Numbered from the stretch's first letter, positions 36,087 to 44,935 are shown. The stretch is DNA of 64,000 bases from Candidatus Woesearchaeota archaeon (GCA_043803105.1 JAZDKJ010000006.1:208673-272672); one strand, 5' to 3'. Made by a program: numbers and translations. Notes: generated by a model not told the origin, from the sequence alone.

Positions 36087-36615
36087 TTTGGCCATTGTCC
36101 AGCTTCTGGCCAAGACAACCTATTTCATGCTGCCAGCTATCATAGCCAACATCACCCCTGTTTTTTTCAGGAGGTTGCATTTTTTGGACTATCCGATTGA
36201 TTTCAACTTGACTTTTAAGGGCAAGCCACTTCTTGGAAAGAACAAGACCTTTAGAGGCATGTTTTTTGGCACTTTGGCAGCAATCCTGGTTGCTTATTTG
36301 CAATATCTATTTTCGAACAGTTGGCTATTGACAGACTATTCACATTGGTTTGTTATTGGATTTCTTCTTGGCTTTGGAGCATTGACTGGAGATTTTGTCG
36401 AGAGTTTTTTTAAGAGGCGCCTTGGCATTAAGCCAGGGAGAAGGTTTTTTCCTTGGGACCAGATTGATTTTGTTGTTGGTTCTCTTTTGTTTGTTTCCCT
36501 CTCTTTTGTTCCGACCTGGCCAGTTATGCTTTCAGCTTTGATAATAATTCCTTTGGGCACAATTGTCGTGGCTCATTTGGGATACTATCTTCACCTGAGG
36601 GCTGAGCGCTGGTAA
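36025..36615 (+). CDS. carS: CDP-archaeol synthase (CarS/DUF46 family)
   Basis: LPAIIANITPVF...GKNKTFRGMFFG...GDFVESFFKRRLGIKPG...PWDQIDFVVGSLLF. The real start may lie downstream of 36025, for example the ATG at 36127. Confidence 0.65.
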   Translation: MFAWLWVFLWFQTLLFGGCSDLAIVQLLAKTTYFMLPAIIANITPVFFRRLHFLDYPIDFNLTFKGKPLLGKNKTFRGMFFGTLAAILVAYLQYLFSNSWLLTDYSHWFVIGFLLGFGALTGDFVESFFKRRLGIKPGRRFFPWDQIDFVVGSLLFVSLSFVPTWPVMLSALIIIPLGTIVVAHLGYYLHLRAERW

Positions 36616-36673
36616 CTGCCTTCTGAGCTTGGTAGAAAATTTTATAACCTACTCTCTGTTCTTCCTGGCTTGC

Positions 36674-36795
36674 GGGCCCGTAGCTTAGTCTGGTGGAGCG
36701 CTGGTCTTATATGTCCACGTTCTAAGTGAACCAGTGGTCTGGGGTTCAAAGAGCTCTCCCTTTTTTGGAAGACCTAGAAAATCCCCGCGGGCCCA
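36674..36795 (+). tRNA. tRNA-Ile with a UAU anticodon and two introns: 17 nt at 37/38 (36712-36728) and 31 nt in the T-loop (36751-36781)
   Basis: Folded by hand. Acceptor GGGCCCG pairs with CGGGCCC (36788-36794); discriminator A; D-arm GCTT-AGTCTGGTG-GAGC. Anticodon stem CTGGT pairs with ACCAG (36730-36734), loop C-T-TAT-A. T-stem TGGGG pairs with CCCCG, and the T-loop TTCAAA|T is split by an intron. No encoded CCA. Confidence 0.7.
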
Positions 36796-37242
36796 TATCT
36801 TTTCAAAATGAGAAGAACTCTTTTCACACAATGCTCTCCACCATAGAACAGCCAGGAATTTGTATTGGTCGTTACAATTTCAACAAACACAATCAACTGT
36901 ATTGCTGCTTTTCAGATAATTCGCTTTTTGTGGTTCAATTCTTTGGTCCTTTCTCTTGGTTACAGTCAAAGCTTTGCAGTCTTGAGAATGTGGTTCATGA
37001 GTTCAAACTTCGCCGAAGTTTGGGTTCGACTGAGGCTAGATATATCGCCCTTGACTTTGTCGACAACTATTCCGTGCTGAAGGAACATGAATCTCTTCAT
37101 CTCCAGCATAATCTGTGCCGGGTGGATGCATGGCTCAGGATGACAACCTCTGGTCTTACAGTCCAACAGTTTCTTGCATTGAGGAGTCCTTATGCTCGAC
37201 AATATGAGCATAAGCTGCAGCTAAGTGCTACAAAGACTTAGT

Positions 37243-37797
37243 TCATTCGTTTTTTGTGCGCGGACCATGTTCATATAGCGCTACAAAAACCTCTTTAGGC
37301 ACCTGAATCCCTGCTGCAACTAGCGCCTTTGCAAGTTCAAGCCCAGGCACCCTCTCTCCATAATCATCATCAGGTTTTGGCTGCGATAACTCTTGAAGTC
37401 TTCTCAAGGTGTAATTGCATAGGAATCCTTCATTCATGGCTATTACTTTGGTGTCAGTTCCGCTTTGATCTCTTATCTCTGAAGCAACAAAGTCTACTGC
37501 CAAGCCTTTAAGATTGTGCTGTGCAAGTTCCCAATCTATCAGGTCCTTAATTATCGTCGAGAAAGGCCTTTGAAGATATTCCTCCTTGTTGGTTGTCTTA
37601 ACATGCTCGAAGAATTCAACCGATGTCTTTTCATTTCTTGTCACCTTGCCAAGGTACTGTTTCACCTTCTGTTTTGCCTGTCTCCTTTCGCTGTTCCATG
37701 AATTCTCTACAAGATAGGCAAATTCACACTCTGCGCCGTCACCTTTTTTTCTCTTCTTTACTCGAATGAATGTCATCTCTGCACCTCTTTTGGGCAC
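37243..37797 (-). CDS. hypothetical protein (184 aa)
   Basis: ORF with a basic N-terminus (RVKKRKKGDG) and no recognised family. Confidence 0.4.
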   Translation of the reverse strand: MPKRGAEMTFIRVKKRKKGDGAECEFAYLVENSWNSERRQAKQKVKQYLGKVTRNEKTSVEFFEHVKTTNKEEYLQRPFSTIIKDLIDWELAQHNLKGLAVDFVASEIRDQSGTDTKVIAMNEGFLCNYTLRRLQELSQPKPDDDYGERVPGLELAKALVAAGIQVPKEVFVALYEHGPRTKNE

Positions 37798-37806
37798 TAG
37801 GGGTAT

Positions 37807-38373
37807 TTATTTCTTTTGCTCTGAGAATATTTCTGCTTGAAACGAGTATAGCTTGTTGTTCATATCCTTCCACGCATCCTTGCTTAGTCCTGCTTTTATG
37901 CATGTATGTTCAAGAAATTCTTTAGGTTGCCATTTGTATTCTTCTGCCACTTGAGGCAAGAGCAGTCCTGAGCCATATGATCCTCTTATTATTAGACCAT
38001 CCTGTCCTATCCTTACTTTTGTGAGGTATTCTTCTGGCTTCTTGACTATTATCTGTTTAGGCTTTGTGAGTACGCTGACCTCAAATCTGCAATCCTTGAA
38101 CTCTTCCTCAGACAATTGTGGAAATCTTGGGTCTTCAAATGCTGCTGCCTGGCTCGCTTGCGCTATTGCCTTGTATAAAGGCATTACAGGTTCTGGGAAT
38201 CCGATGCATCCACGCAATTCTCCATTCATATACAGGGTAACAAAGCAGCCCTGGTTGTCGCAGAACTTTTTTCGGCAGTATTCATCAATGCGCACTTCCC
38301 TGTGCTCAAATACGCTTTTTACTGAGTCTTTAGCCAATTGCAGAAGTTTAATCCCCTCTTCTGAAGAAATCAT
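37807..38373 (-). CDS. AMMECR1-domain protein
   Basis: GCFVTLYMNGELRGCIG signature. Confidence 0.75.
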   Translation of the reverse strand: MISSEEGIKLLQLAKDSVKSVFEHREVRIDEYCRKKFCDNQGCFVTLYMNGELRGCIGFPEPVMPLYKAIAQASQAAAFEDPRFPQLSEEEFKDCRFEVSVLTKPKQIIVKKPEEYLTKVRIGQDGLIIRGSYGSGLLLPQVAEEYKWQPKEFLEHTCIKAGLSKDAWKDMNNKLYSFQAEIFSEQKK

Positions 38374-38657
38374 TTTAATTCTTTGCTTATCTTTTCCTTA
38401 AATGACTCATTAACCTTCTTTAGTCTTTTTATTGCCTCAGTTAATGCTTTTTTTGGGGCTTCTGTACTGTCTGTCTCTATTGTCATGGTTGGAATTCCAA
38501 CAAGCGGATGTTTCAAATTATACCCGCTGATCTTCACATGAGGGTCGTTCCATAGCTCTTGTTTGATGCTGTTGCACACTGTGTGGTCTGCTCCTTCCAG
38601 CTCAACCACAAGCCTTGTCTTTTTGTCCTCAAGAATCCTTACCTCAACCATAGGCAA
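38370..38657 (-). CDS. rpoL: DNA-directed RNA polymerase subunit L (Rpo11)
   Basis: LVVELEGADHTVCNSIKQELWNDPHVKISGYNLKHPL matches the RpoL/Rpb11 fold. Confidence 0.75.
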   Translation of the reverse strand: MPMVEVRILEDKKTRLVVELEGADHTVCNSIKQELWNDPHVKISGYNLKHPLVGIPTMTIETDSTEAPKKALTEAIKRLKKVNESFKEKISKELK

Positions 38658-38815
38658 CCCGAAACAGTGCCATATTTAAAAAGTTTTGGTTTTTAAAAAG
38701 CACTCAGCGAACTCTCACTTTTTGCCATTTACACCTATTTTTATAGTGCCCACAATACCATTTACATCCTTCATTACAAAAAGCCACAATTCAGCCCCTT
38801 TTGCACCTTTTCTTA

Positions 38816-38857
38816 TAGCGAATCTCATTAATTATTGAACAATTGTGAGATTCGCTA
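38816..38857. promoter_or_regulatory. perfect 12-bp inverted repeat TAGCGAATCTCA-N18-TGAGATTCGCTA between the methylase 3' end and the rpoL 5' region
   Basis: Arms at 38816-38827 and 38846-38857; the spacer is itself partly palindromic (TTAATT..CAATTG). Confidence 0.3.
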
Positions 38858-38906
38858 GAATAGCAAATTGCATGCCAAAAAGTTCCATTATTTATACGAT
38901 TTGCTA

Positions 38907-39527
38907 TTAGACAGTCCTTGAGAACCTATAAGCGCTGACTTTTATCCTCAAAATTCGCCTTTTGTGGTACTTCTGCGTCATTTTAAGGGGAAATTCAAAG
39001 TCCAGCCTGTTTGTTATTCTAAACCCATGTTCCGCAGCCAATCCTTCAGCAAAGCGTGTGCTCTCGCTTTTGTGAAACGAATAAACGATTGGTGCAATCT
39101 GGAAAGCCTTCAGGAGAAACTCCCTGTCCGCATGCTTCACCTTTGTTCCAAATGGAGGATTTTGTATTACTACCTCAACCTCTTTATTAAACGAATCAAT
39201 GCCTTGATGAAGGATTTCAAATCTGTTTTCCAATCCTACGCTGTCTATGTTTTCCTTTGCCACTTGAATTGCTTGAAGGTCTCTTTCAATCATGTAAACT
39301 TTTTTTGCACCAAGGATTGATGCGCCGATTCCAAGTAATCCCGTGCCGCTTCCAAGGTCTGCAATAATCTTTCCCTCAATATCTCCTTTCAGATATGCCT
39401 GCCACAGCACCTCTGCAGCTACTTCAGGATCAGTTGTATACTGCTCGCTTTGTGCCTCAGGTTTTTCAAAATCCCTAAGCTTGCTTAGCACTATTGCTAA
39501 ACCAGATTTTGTTATTCTTTCCTGCAT
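38907..39527 (-). CDS. class I SAM-dependent methyltransferase, putative RNA m6A methylase (COG2263 / METTL5-like)
   Basis: DLGSGTGLLGIGASILGA SAM motif and VIQNPPFG catalytic motif. Confidence 0.7.
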   Translation of the reverse strand: MQERITKSGLAIVLSKLRDFEKPEAQSEQYTTDPEVAAEVLWQAYLKGDIEGKIIADLGSGTGLLGIGASILGAKKVYMIERDLQAIQVAKENIDSVGLENRFEILHQGIDSFNKEVEVVIQNPPFGTKVKHADREFLLKAFQIAPIVYSFHKSESTRFAEGLAAEHGFRITNRLDFEFPLKMTQKYHKRRILRIKVSAYRFSRTV

Positions 39528-39655
39528 CTGTTTGTTGTCCCATTTATTTCTTTAATAATCTTGCTCTTTTGATTTGCATCAAACTTTTTTTCTTTTTTGC
39601 AGAAAAAACCGTAAAATTTCCGGTAGTCCCAGCCTAGTCCTGGGACAGTCCCAAC

Positions 39656-39746
39656 ATTGTCCCAGGATTGTCCCAGGTTTTGGACATTTCTCGTCTAAAT
39701 GATTGTCCCAGGATTGTCCCAGGATTGTCCCAGGATTGTCCCAAAA
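39656..39746. repeat. tandem 11-bp repeat array, ATTGTCCCAGG in 2 plus 4 copies, with an upstream inverted copy
   Basis: Two copies at 39656-39677 and four at 39702-39746. The palindrome GTCCCAG-N7-CTGGGAC lies at 39627-39648. The array sits 20 nt upstream of ORF 39767. Confidence 0.6.
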
Positions 39747-39766
39747 AGCTTAAATAATGCCTTGAT

Positions 39767-40438
39767 TTGGGTGTTTTCATGGCAGTTTTTTTTGCATCCA
39801 AGAAAGATGATAAGTTTGCCACGCTCCATCATCGCCTGACAAATTCCTTTGCTTACGTTAGGAACGATATCTCTGCCCTTAGGCGAAATGAAGAGCTCTA
39901 TAAGCAATGGATAAGTTATCTTCATCAAAAACTTCAAGCCCAGGAGCGCGAGATGTCCTCGCTCATGGAACTCTTAAAACAGGTACCGAAAGCACCGCAG
40001 GATATCAAGCAGATAATCGATGAGCATTACCATTTTGAGGACATCCTGAAAAGGATTGAACAGCTAAATCGGCAGGTTGATGAGGTCCTCGTTAAGCATC
40101 AGCCATTAAATAAAAGGCTCGAAGAGCATCATCAGCGAATAACAAATCTTGAACAATCAAGGCCTGTTGCACACTTCAAGGAAAAGATGGTTCAAAAGAT
40201 TACCAGACAGTCAAAGGATTATGTCAAGGGGCTTATCCTTTCCCTGATAAGAAAATATGATAAAGCCTCAGGCACCCAGCTTAGGGAAATTATTGTTGAA
40301 GAACAGGCTTTGTGCTCTAAATCTTCATTCTACAGGATACTCTCTGAGCTTGAAGAGTCAAGGCAGGTGAGTGTGATTGAGGACAGCAAAGAGAAATATT
40401 ATCTGCCCCTGCAACTGCGAAAGCAAGCTAAGGATTGA
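39767..40438 (+). CDS. coiled-coil protein with C-terminal winged-HTH
   Basis: Long heptad-rich helix, then SSFYRILSELEESRQVSVIEDSKEKYY, a wHTH-like segment. Confidence 0.45.
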   Translation: MGVFMAVFFASKKDDKFATLHHRLTNSFAYVRNDISALRRNEELYKQWISYLHQKLQAQEREMSSLMELLKQVPKAPQDIKQIIDEHYHFEDILKRIEQLNRQVDEVLVKHQPLNKRLEEHHQRITNLEQSRPVAHFKEKMVQKITRQSKDYVKGLILSLIRKYDKASGTQLREIIVEEQALCSKSSFYRILSELEESRQVSVIEDSKEKYYLPLQLRKQAKD

Positions 40439-40510
40439 GATATAACAGTTTCATAATCGAAATGTATTTAAACCAGTTGTAGTGATTTTTTTAGTGGGGG
40501 TGAAGTTGGT

Positions 40511-41041
40511 TTGTTTCAAAAGAGTGTGGACTTTAGCATTATTGAGGGAAACGTAAGAAATGCCTTCTCTAAGATTAAGGAGGAGTTTTCTGAGCATCTT
40601 GAGGCAATTAACGAGAACACCAATGAGATCCAGGCCAACTATGAGTACCTCTGTGAGCTTGAGTCAAAGATTGACAAACTTGCTGAGCGCATTGACGAGC
40701 TCTGCATGTTCGTTAAGCATCCTAGCGCTGAAGCCTCAAAGAATGATTATAACATCTCTCCATTGACCAAGAATGAGCAGGAAGTCTTCCAGGCACTGTA
40801 CGCAATGGTAAATGAGAAAGGTCAGGCTTCATATCTTGAGATTGGGAGGCGAATTGGTCTACCGGAAACTCTGGTCCAATCCTACATCACCAACCTTATT
40901 GAGAAGGGCATTCCTGTACAAAAAAGGTATATTGGTAGTGACGTCTGGCTACTGATTGAGCAAAACTTCTGCGAGATCCAAGCCAAGGAAAACATTTTGG
41001 GCATCAGCGAAGTGATTAGTGAAAAAGTTATATTGCAATAG
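40511..41041 (+). CDS. coiled-coil protein with C-terminal winged-HTH, same architecture as the upstream gene
   Basis: NEQEVFQALYAMVNEKGQASYLEIGRRIGLPETLVQSYITNLIEKGI, a MarR/TrmB-like wHTH. Confidence 0.45.
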   Translation: MFQKSVDFSIIEGNVRNAFSKIKEEFSEHLEAINENTNEIQANYEYLCELESKIDKLAERIDELCMFVKHPSAEASKNDYNISPLTKNEQEVFQALYAMVNEKGQASYLEIGRRIGLPETLVQSYITNLIEKGIPVQKRYIGSDVWLLIEQNFCEIQAKENILGISEVISEKVILQ

Positions 41042-41202
41042 ATATTTCTTGTTGATGTTTTTAAAATATATACATTACAGTACAATATAAATATGTCATA
41101 AAGATTTAGTCATAGACTAAAAGTTTTAGTAATTAATTTCTATATAGAAAATAATGCCGAAGCCTGCCTTAGTAAACCTTTTTAAAACCATGTTGCATTA
41201 CG

Positions 41203-41508
41203 ATGCCTATGTATGACATTAGAAATGTGAATTTCCAGGGCAAACCTCAAGTTCACTTTGTGGGGCTGGAAAGCAAAGTCTCAGACCCTGACCGCGTTAA
41301 GATCAACTCTGCCTTCTTGCAAAGGGGTTATGGACTTGAGTGGGTGCTTGTGGCGCTTCATAGTAAGCCTTCTGAGCTTATGCTTATCGAACGCAAAGAA
41401 AGCGAGCATATCCCGAGGGACCCTCACCACGACGTTCTCGAGGTCTCAAAGAGACTTGGAATCCCGATGGTCCTTAAAGCTTCGTACGTGGAATTCTATG
41501 AGCGCTAA
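41203..41508 (+). CDS. hypothetical protein (101 aa)
   Basis: ORF following an AT-rich region. Its stop overlaps the convergent recombinase stop. Confidence 0.3.
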   Translation: MPMYDIRNVNFQGKPQVHFVGLESKVSDPDRVKINSAFLQRGYGLEWVLVALHSKPSELMLIERKESEHIPRDPHHDVLEVSKRLGIPMVLKASYVEFYER

Positions 41509-42332
41509 AGACTGTCAAACGGGCTCTTCACCTTCTTCAACTGCTCATTGGACACTTTTGTGTATCTCTCAGTTGTGGACAGATTGGAGTGCCCAAGCAA
41601 TACCTGAATCACCCTTATGTCTGTTCCTGCCTCAAGCAGGTGTGTTGCAAAGCTGCTTCTTAGCGCATGACAAAACACTCGCTTCCTGATGCCAGCCCTT
41701 TTGGCTGATTCTGTGACAATGGCTTGCGCTTGCCTAACTCCTATATGAGTGTCCCTGACTGCAAACAAGTAAGGATTCTGGCCTTCCCGGTTTTTTAGGT
41801 ATTCAGATATGTCCTTTACCAGGTTGCCTGACAATATTATATGTCTATCCTTCTTGCCCTTGCCGCTTCTTACTATTCCCATTCTTTCAGCAAAGTCAAG
41901 GTCATCAACCTTGAGGCTGACAGCTTCGCTTACCCTTAGCCCAGAACTATATAATAGTTCCACCAGAACCTTGTGCTTAGAGTTTTCTATCACAGCCAAT
42001 AGCTTCTTGACCTCTTCCTTTGTTAGTACTGTTGGTATCTTTTTCTCTTGTTTGGGCGGCTTAATGGTTGCAAGGACAGGTTTTTTCAACACCTCATGAA
42101 AGTAGAACTTCAGGCTGCTTAATGCTAGGCTTACAGAACTTGGCTTTTGCTTGTTTTGCATGAGATAGGATATATACTTCTTAACGTCCTCGCTACTTAC
42201 ATCTTGCGCTTCTTTCTTAACAAACATCAGGAATCTAAGGTTATGCCGGACATATGAGAGCACAGTCTTGTCAGAGAACCCTCTAATAACGAGCTCAGTC
42301 CTAATTTGTTCTTCAACTTCAGCCGTTGTCAT
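41505..42332 (-). CDS. tyrosine recombinase / integrase (XerA-like)
   Basis: C-terminal catalytic region HALRSSFATHLLEAGTDIRVIQVLLGHSNLSTTERYTKV (R...HxxR...Y) and an N-terminal core-binding domain. Confidence 0.75.
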   Translation of the reverse strand: MTTAEVEEQIRTELVIRGFSDKTVLSYVRHNLRFLMFVKKEAQDVSSEDVKKYISYLMQNKQKPSSVSLALSSLKFYFHEVLKKPVLATIKPPKQEKKIPTVLTKEEVKKLLAVIENSKHKVLVELLYSSGLRVSEAVSLKVDDLDFAERMGIVRSGKGKKDRHIILSGNLVKDISEYLKNREGQNPYLFAVRDTHIGVRQAQAIVTESAKRAGIRKRVFCHALRSSFATHLLEAGTDIRVIQVLLGHSNLSTTERYTKVSNEQLKKVKSPFDSL

Positions 42333-42865
42333 TTTTGAGATTTAATTTCGTCCCTTCTATCCACATAGCTTGTGGGATGCACCTTATCAACCTGGTAGCC
42401 ATTCTTCTTCAGATTCTCCTTTATCTCTATATAATATTGGTACATATGGATCATCTTATGGCAATTTGGGCAAAGTCCAACAACATTGTCTGATTCATTG
42501 TTGCGTCTGTTCCCATCTAAATGATGGATGGAACATAATTTGTCAAACCCACAGCTTGCACATTTCTTTGTTACTTCTTGCCATCTGCCATATGCAATAC
42601 CATAAAGTCTCTTCGCGTTATTTGCCTTAGGGATATCATAATGGTGAAGTCTTACATGACACCCCCCACACAGCCCAAATGCTTGATGAGGTCTCATTCT
42701 GCCGCAAGCCTTGCATCTTATTAGCTTCCGCTTCCATCCCAAGCGCCTGTAACAATTATTACAGTATCCTTTGGCATGGTGCTCAACCCTCTTACCACAT
42801 CCAGGGCAGTCAATGAGGTATTTGCCATTGGGATTGGGATTAGCAAACTTGCTCGCAGTTGTCAT
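42329..42865 (-). CDS. HNH endonuclease with multiple CxxC zinc knuckles
   Basis: HHLDGNRRNNESDNVVGLCPNCHKMIH, an HNH motif, plus four CxxC pairs. Overlaps the recombinase start by 4 nt. Confidence 0.6.
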   Translation of the reverse strand: MTTASKFANPNPNGKYLIDCPGCGKRVEHHAKGYCNNCYRRLGWKRKLIRCKACGRMRPHQAFGLCGGCHVRLHHYDIPKANNAKRLYGIAYGRWQEVTKKCASCGFDKLCSIHHLDGNRRNNESDNVVGLCPNCHKMIHMYQYYIEIKENLKKNGYQVDKVHPTSYVDRRDEIKSQK

Positions 42866-43046
42866 GTAAAATTTCCAAGCAGAACTAGTATTTAATACGT
42901 TCGTTATGTTCGCATGATGTACTTCACGGAAGACATATTATATGCACTTTCTTATAAAGTTTGCTCTTAGAATGCTAGAAAGTGCCTTTTTTTCGATGCT
43001 TGGGCCCACCCAAACAGGCAAAAAGGTCTTCAGAGCAGTCTCTTGC

Positions 43047-43523
43047 TTAGTTTAGCTCATTTAGCAGGTAATTGCCGTTCGGAAGCCTTTTCGCAAATTC
43101 TGCGCAGCATTCTTTCTTGAGACATAAGTATATAGTCAGGTATTTACCTCCTCCATCCAATGCCTCAATGTCCACAAAAGGACTGAAAGGCTCTTCGCGA
43201 CAAAGCGTTTCAGGGTCTTTGTTTGACATCGCCTCAACAACCGTTTTCCAGCCGCTTGCCATGTTTGGTCTCCAGTAAAGTAAAGGTTCAAACTTCTGCA
43301 GGAGCCTTTGCCTCAGATTGTCATTATTCGCCGGCCCTTTTGCTTCACCCTGCTCTGTGATTTTTAGCCTCAAAGACAGAATATCATAGTCTGTCTCATA
43401 AGGCTGAAACAGAAAGCCTTCAACCTCAGTGCACCATTGCTCCAGGTCGCCTATTGTATGTTCAAGGCTTATTAGGGCATGTTCCACCATACCAGTCAGT
43501 AGCAGAATGTCTTTTATTAACAT
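43047..43523 (-). CDS. hypothetical protein (158 aa)
   Basis: ORF only. Confidence 0.35.
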   Translation of the reverse strand: MLIKDILLLTGMVEHALISLEHTIGDLEQWCTEVEGFLFQPYETDYDILSLRLKITEQGEAKGPANNDNLRQRLLQKFEPLLYWRPNMASGWKTVVEAMSNKDPETLCREEPFSPFVDIEALDGGGKYLTIYLCLKKECCAEFAKRLPNGNYLLNELN

Positions 43524-43561
43524 TTCGGCTCTGCATTATACAAAATGAAAAATGGAGCTTT

Positions 43562-44704
43562 TCAGCTCCAAAAAGTTAACTTCTTCCAGACTTCACTAAA
43601 GAAGCCGGTTCTAGGGGTCTTTGCATGATTATCCTCATCTGGAACACTGTTGCCAGTGGGGCTTCCTGCAGCTTGACTAATCATTGCTTTTGCCATTCCG
43701 CCAAGGTTATTTGTTAGAATGGTATTTGTCCTGGAGTCATAGTCTGCTGATGCCTTTGCCTCTGTTGCATAAGCTCCTGGCAAACCCTCCTCCGCGTAGT
43801 ACTTATCCACATCTTGCCGTATGTAGCTCAAGGTTTCTGAGTATCCACCTGTTTTTTCAGCAATCTCTTTCCAGATTCTTGTGCCTACCTGGTCCATGCC
43901 CGAGCAGATTATGGTGTATATTCTGATTCCCTTTTGTGCAGCTTTTTCTGACTCATCCCTGTAGTTGTATCCGTTTGGACTGCCACTTCTGTAGCTTCTG
44001 TCTGCTCCTCCCTCTCCGTGTGGTGGTGCATCTCCAATAAGGATTATTGCTTTTCTGGCGTTTTCGTCCCATGTCATGTCGTGTTCCACAGCCTCATACA
44101 GTGCATCTGCCACTGCTTCAGGCTGGTCTCCACCGCCATCAGCTTCAATTGTCTCAATAAACTTGAGTGCATCGTCAATATTGTCAGTCAAGTCCTTTGA
44201 ACGAACAAGGTATTCCTTCTCCTCTTTCTCATAGTCTCTGTATGTCACAACTCCTACTCTAAGTTTGTAGCTTGTGCGTGGTGCGAACTGCAACATCTGC
44301 GCTATGTAGTCTTTTACTGCTCTTATCTCATCGTCCATTGAGCCTGTACTGTCGATAACAAACACAACATCCACTTGTGACTGGCCCGGGCAGTTGCATG
44401 CCTGTTGTTCCCACTCTATACAATTGCCATCCTGGTCTCTTGCAGTGCACGTAGGCCCAGGGCAAACGCACGGGGGGCATGTGCATGTTGGTTCAATACA
44501 GTTTCCGTATTGGTCTTTTGCAGTACAGTCGTTAGGCCGGCACACGCATGTGCTAACAGCTTTCTCCCCTCCGCTTGTTAAAACAGTTGGCTCTTCTGCC
44601 AATAGGCTTCTCATCAAAACATCCTCTGAAGGCACCTCTTTTGCATATGACGCTGGTATGCACGATAAAACCAGCATCAAAATTAAAAATAATTCCCTTT
44701 TCAT
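43562..44704 (-). CDS. secreted vWA-domain protein with an N-terminal Cys-rich repeat module
   Basis: Signal peptide, then CVCRPNDCTAKDQYGNCIEPTCTCPPCVCPGPTCTARDQDGNCIEW, then the MIDAS motif VVFVIDSTGSM. Confidence 0.7.
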   Translation of the reverse strand: MKRELFLILMLVLSCIPASYAKEVPSEDVLMRSLLAEEPTVLTSGGEKAVSTCVCRPNDCTAKDQYGNCIEPTCTCPPCVCPGPTCTARDQDGNCIEWEQQACNCPGQSQVDVVFVIDSTGSMDDEIRAVKDYIAQMLQFAPRTSYKLRVGVVTYRDYEKEEKEYLVRSKDLTDNIDDALKFIETIEADGGGDQPEAVADALYEAVEHDMTWDENARKAIILIGDAPPHGEGGADRSYRSGSPNGYNYRDESEKAAQKGIRIYTIICSGMDQVGTRIWKEIAEKTGGYSETLSYIRQDVDKYYAEEGLPGAYATEAKASADYDSRTNTILTNNLGGMAKAMISQAAGSPTGNSVPDEDNHAKTPRTGFFSEVWKKLTFWS

Positions 44705-44935
44705 TTTTTAGCCTCCAGGTTTTACACCTAAAAGATATTATGCAATGCTTATTTATATACTGTCGAGTAAGCTTCAATTTGACTTGAAGCCAAGGAGTTA
44801 TTGCAGCATAAATAATTTAATCATAGTCAAAATATTTTAGTCATATTAAAGATTATAATATTTGAGCTATACTTAAATATTAATATCACAAAATGAAGCA
44901 AAAGTTTCAACCAAAGATTAAAAGTTTAGAACCAG

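Noticed and set aside
36726-37241. 171-aa plus-strand ORF starting inside the tRNA-Ile gene
   Set aside because: Its first about 25 codons overlap the tRNA 3' exon and T-loop intron. If any protein is made it would start downstream (e.g. MLSTIEQ at about 36831). It was not annotated as a CDS for lack of support.
39618-39746. Possible CRISPR array suggested by short direct repeats
   Set aside because: The repeats are only 11 bp, contiguous or separated by a single 24-nt stretch, with no unique spacers of regular length and no cas genes. It was treated as a tandem-repeat or operator array instead.
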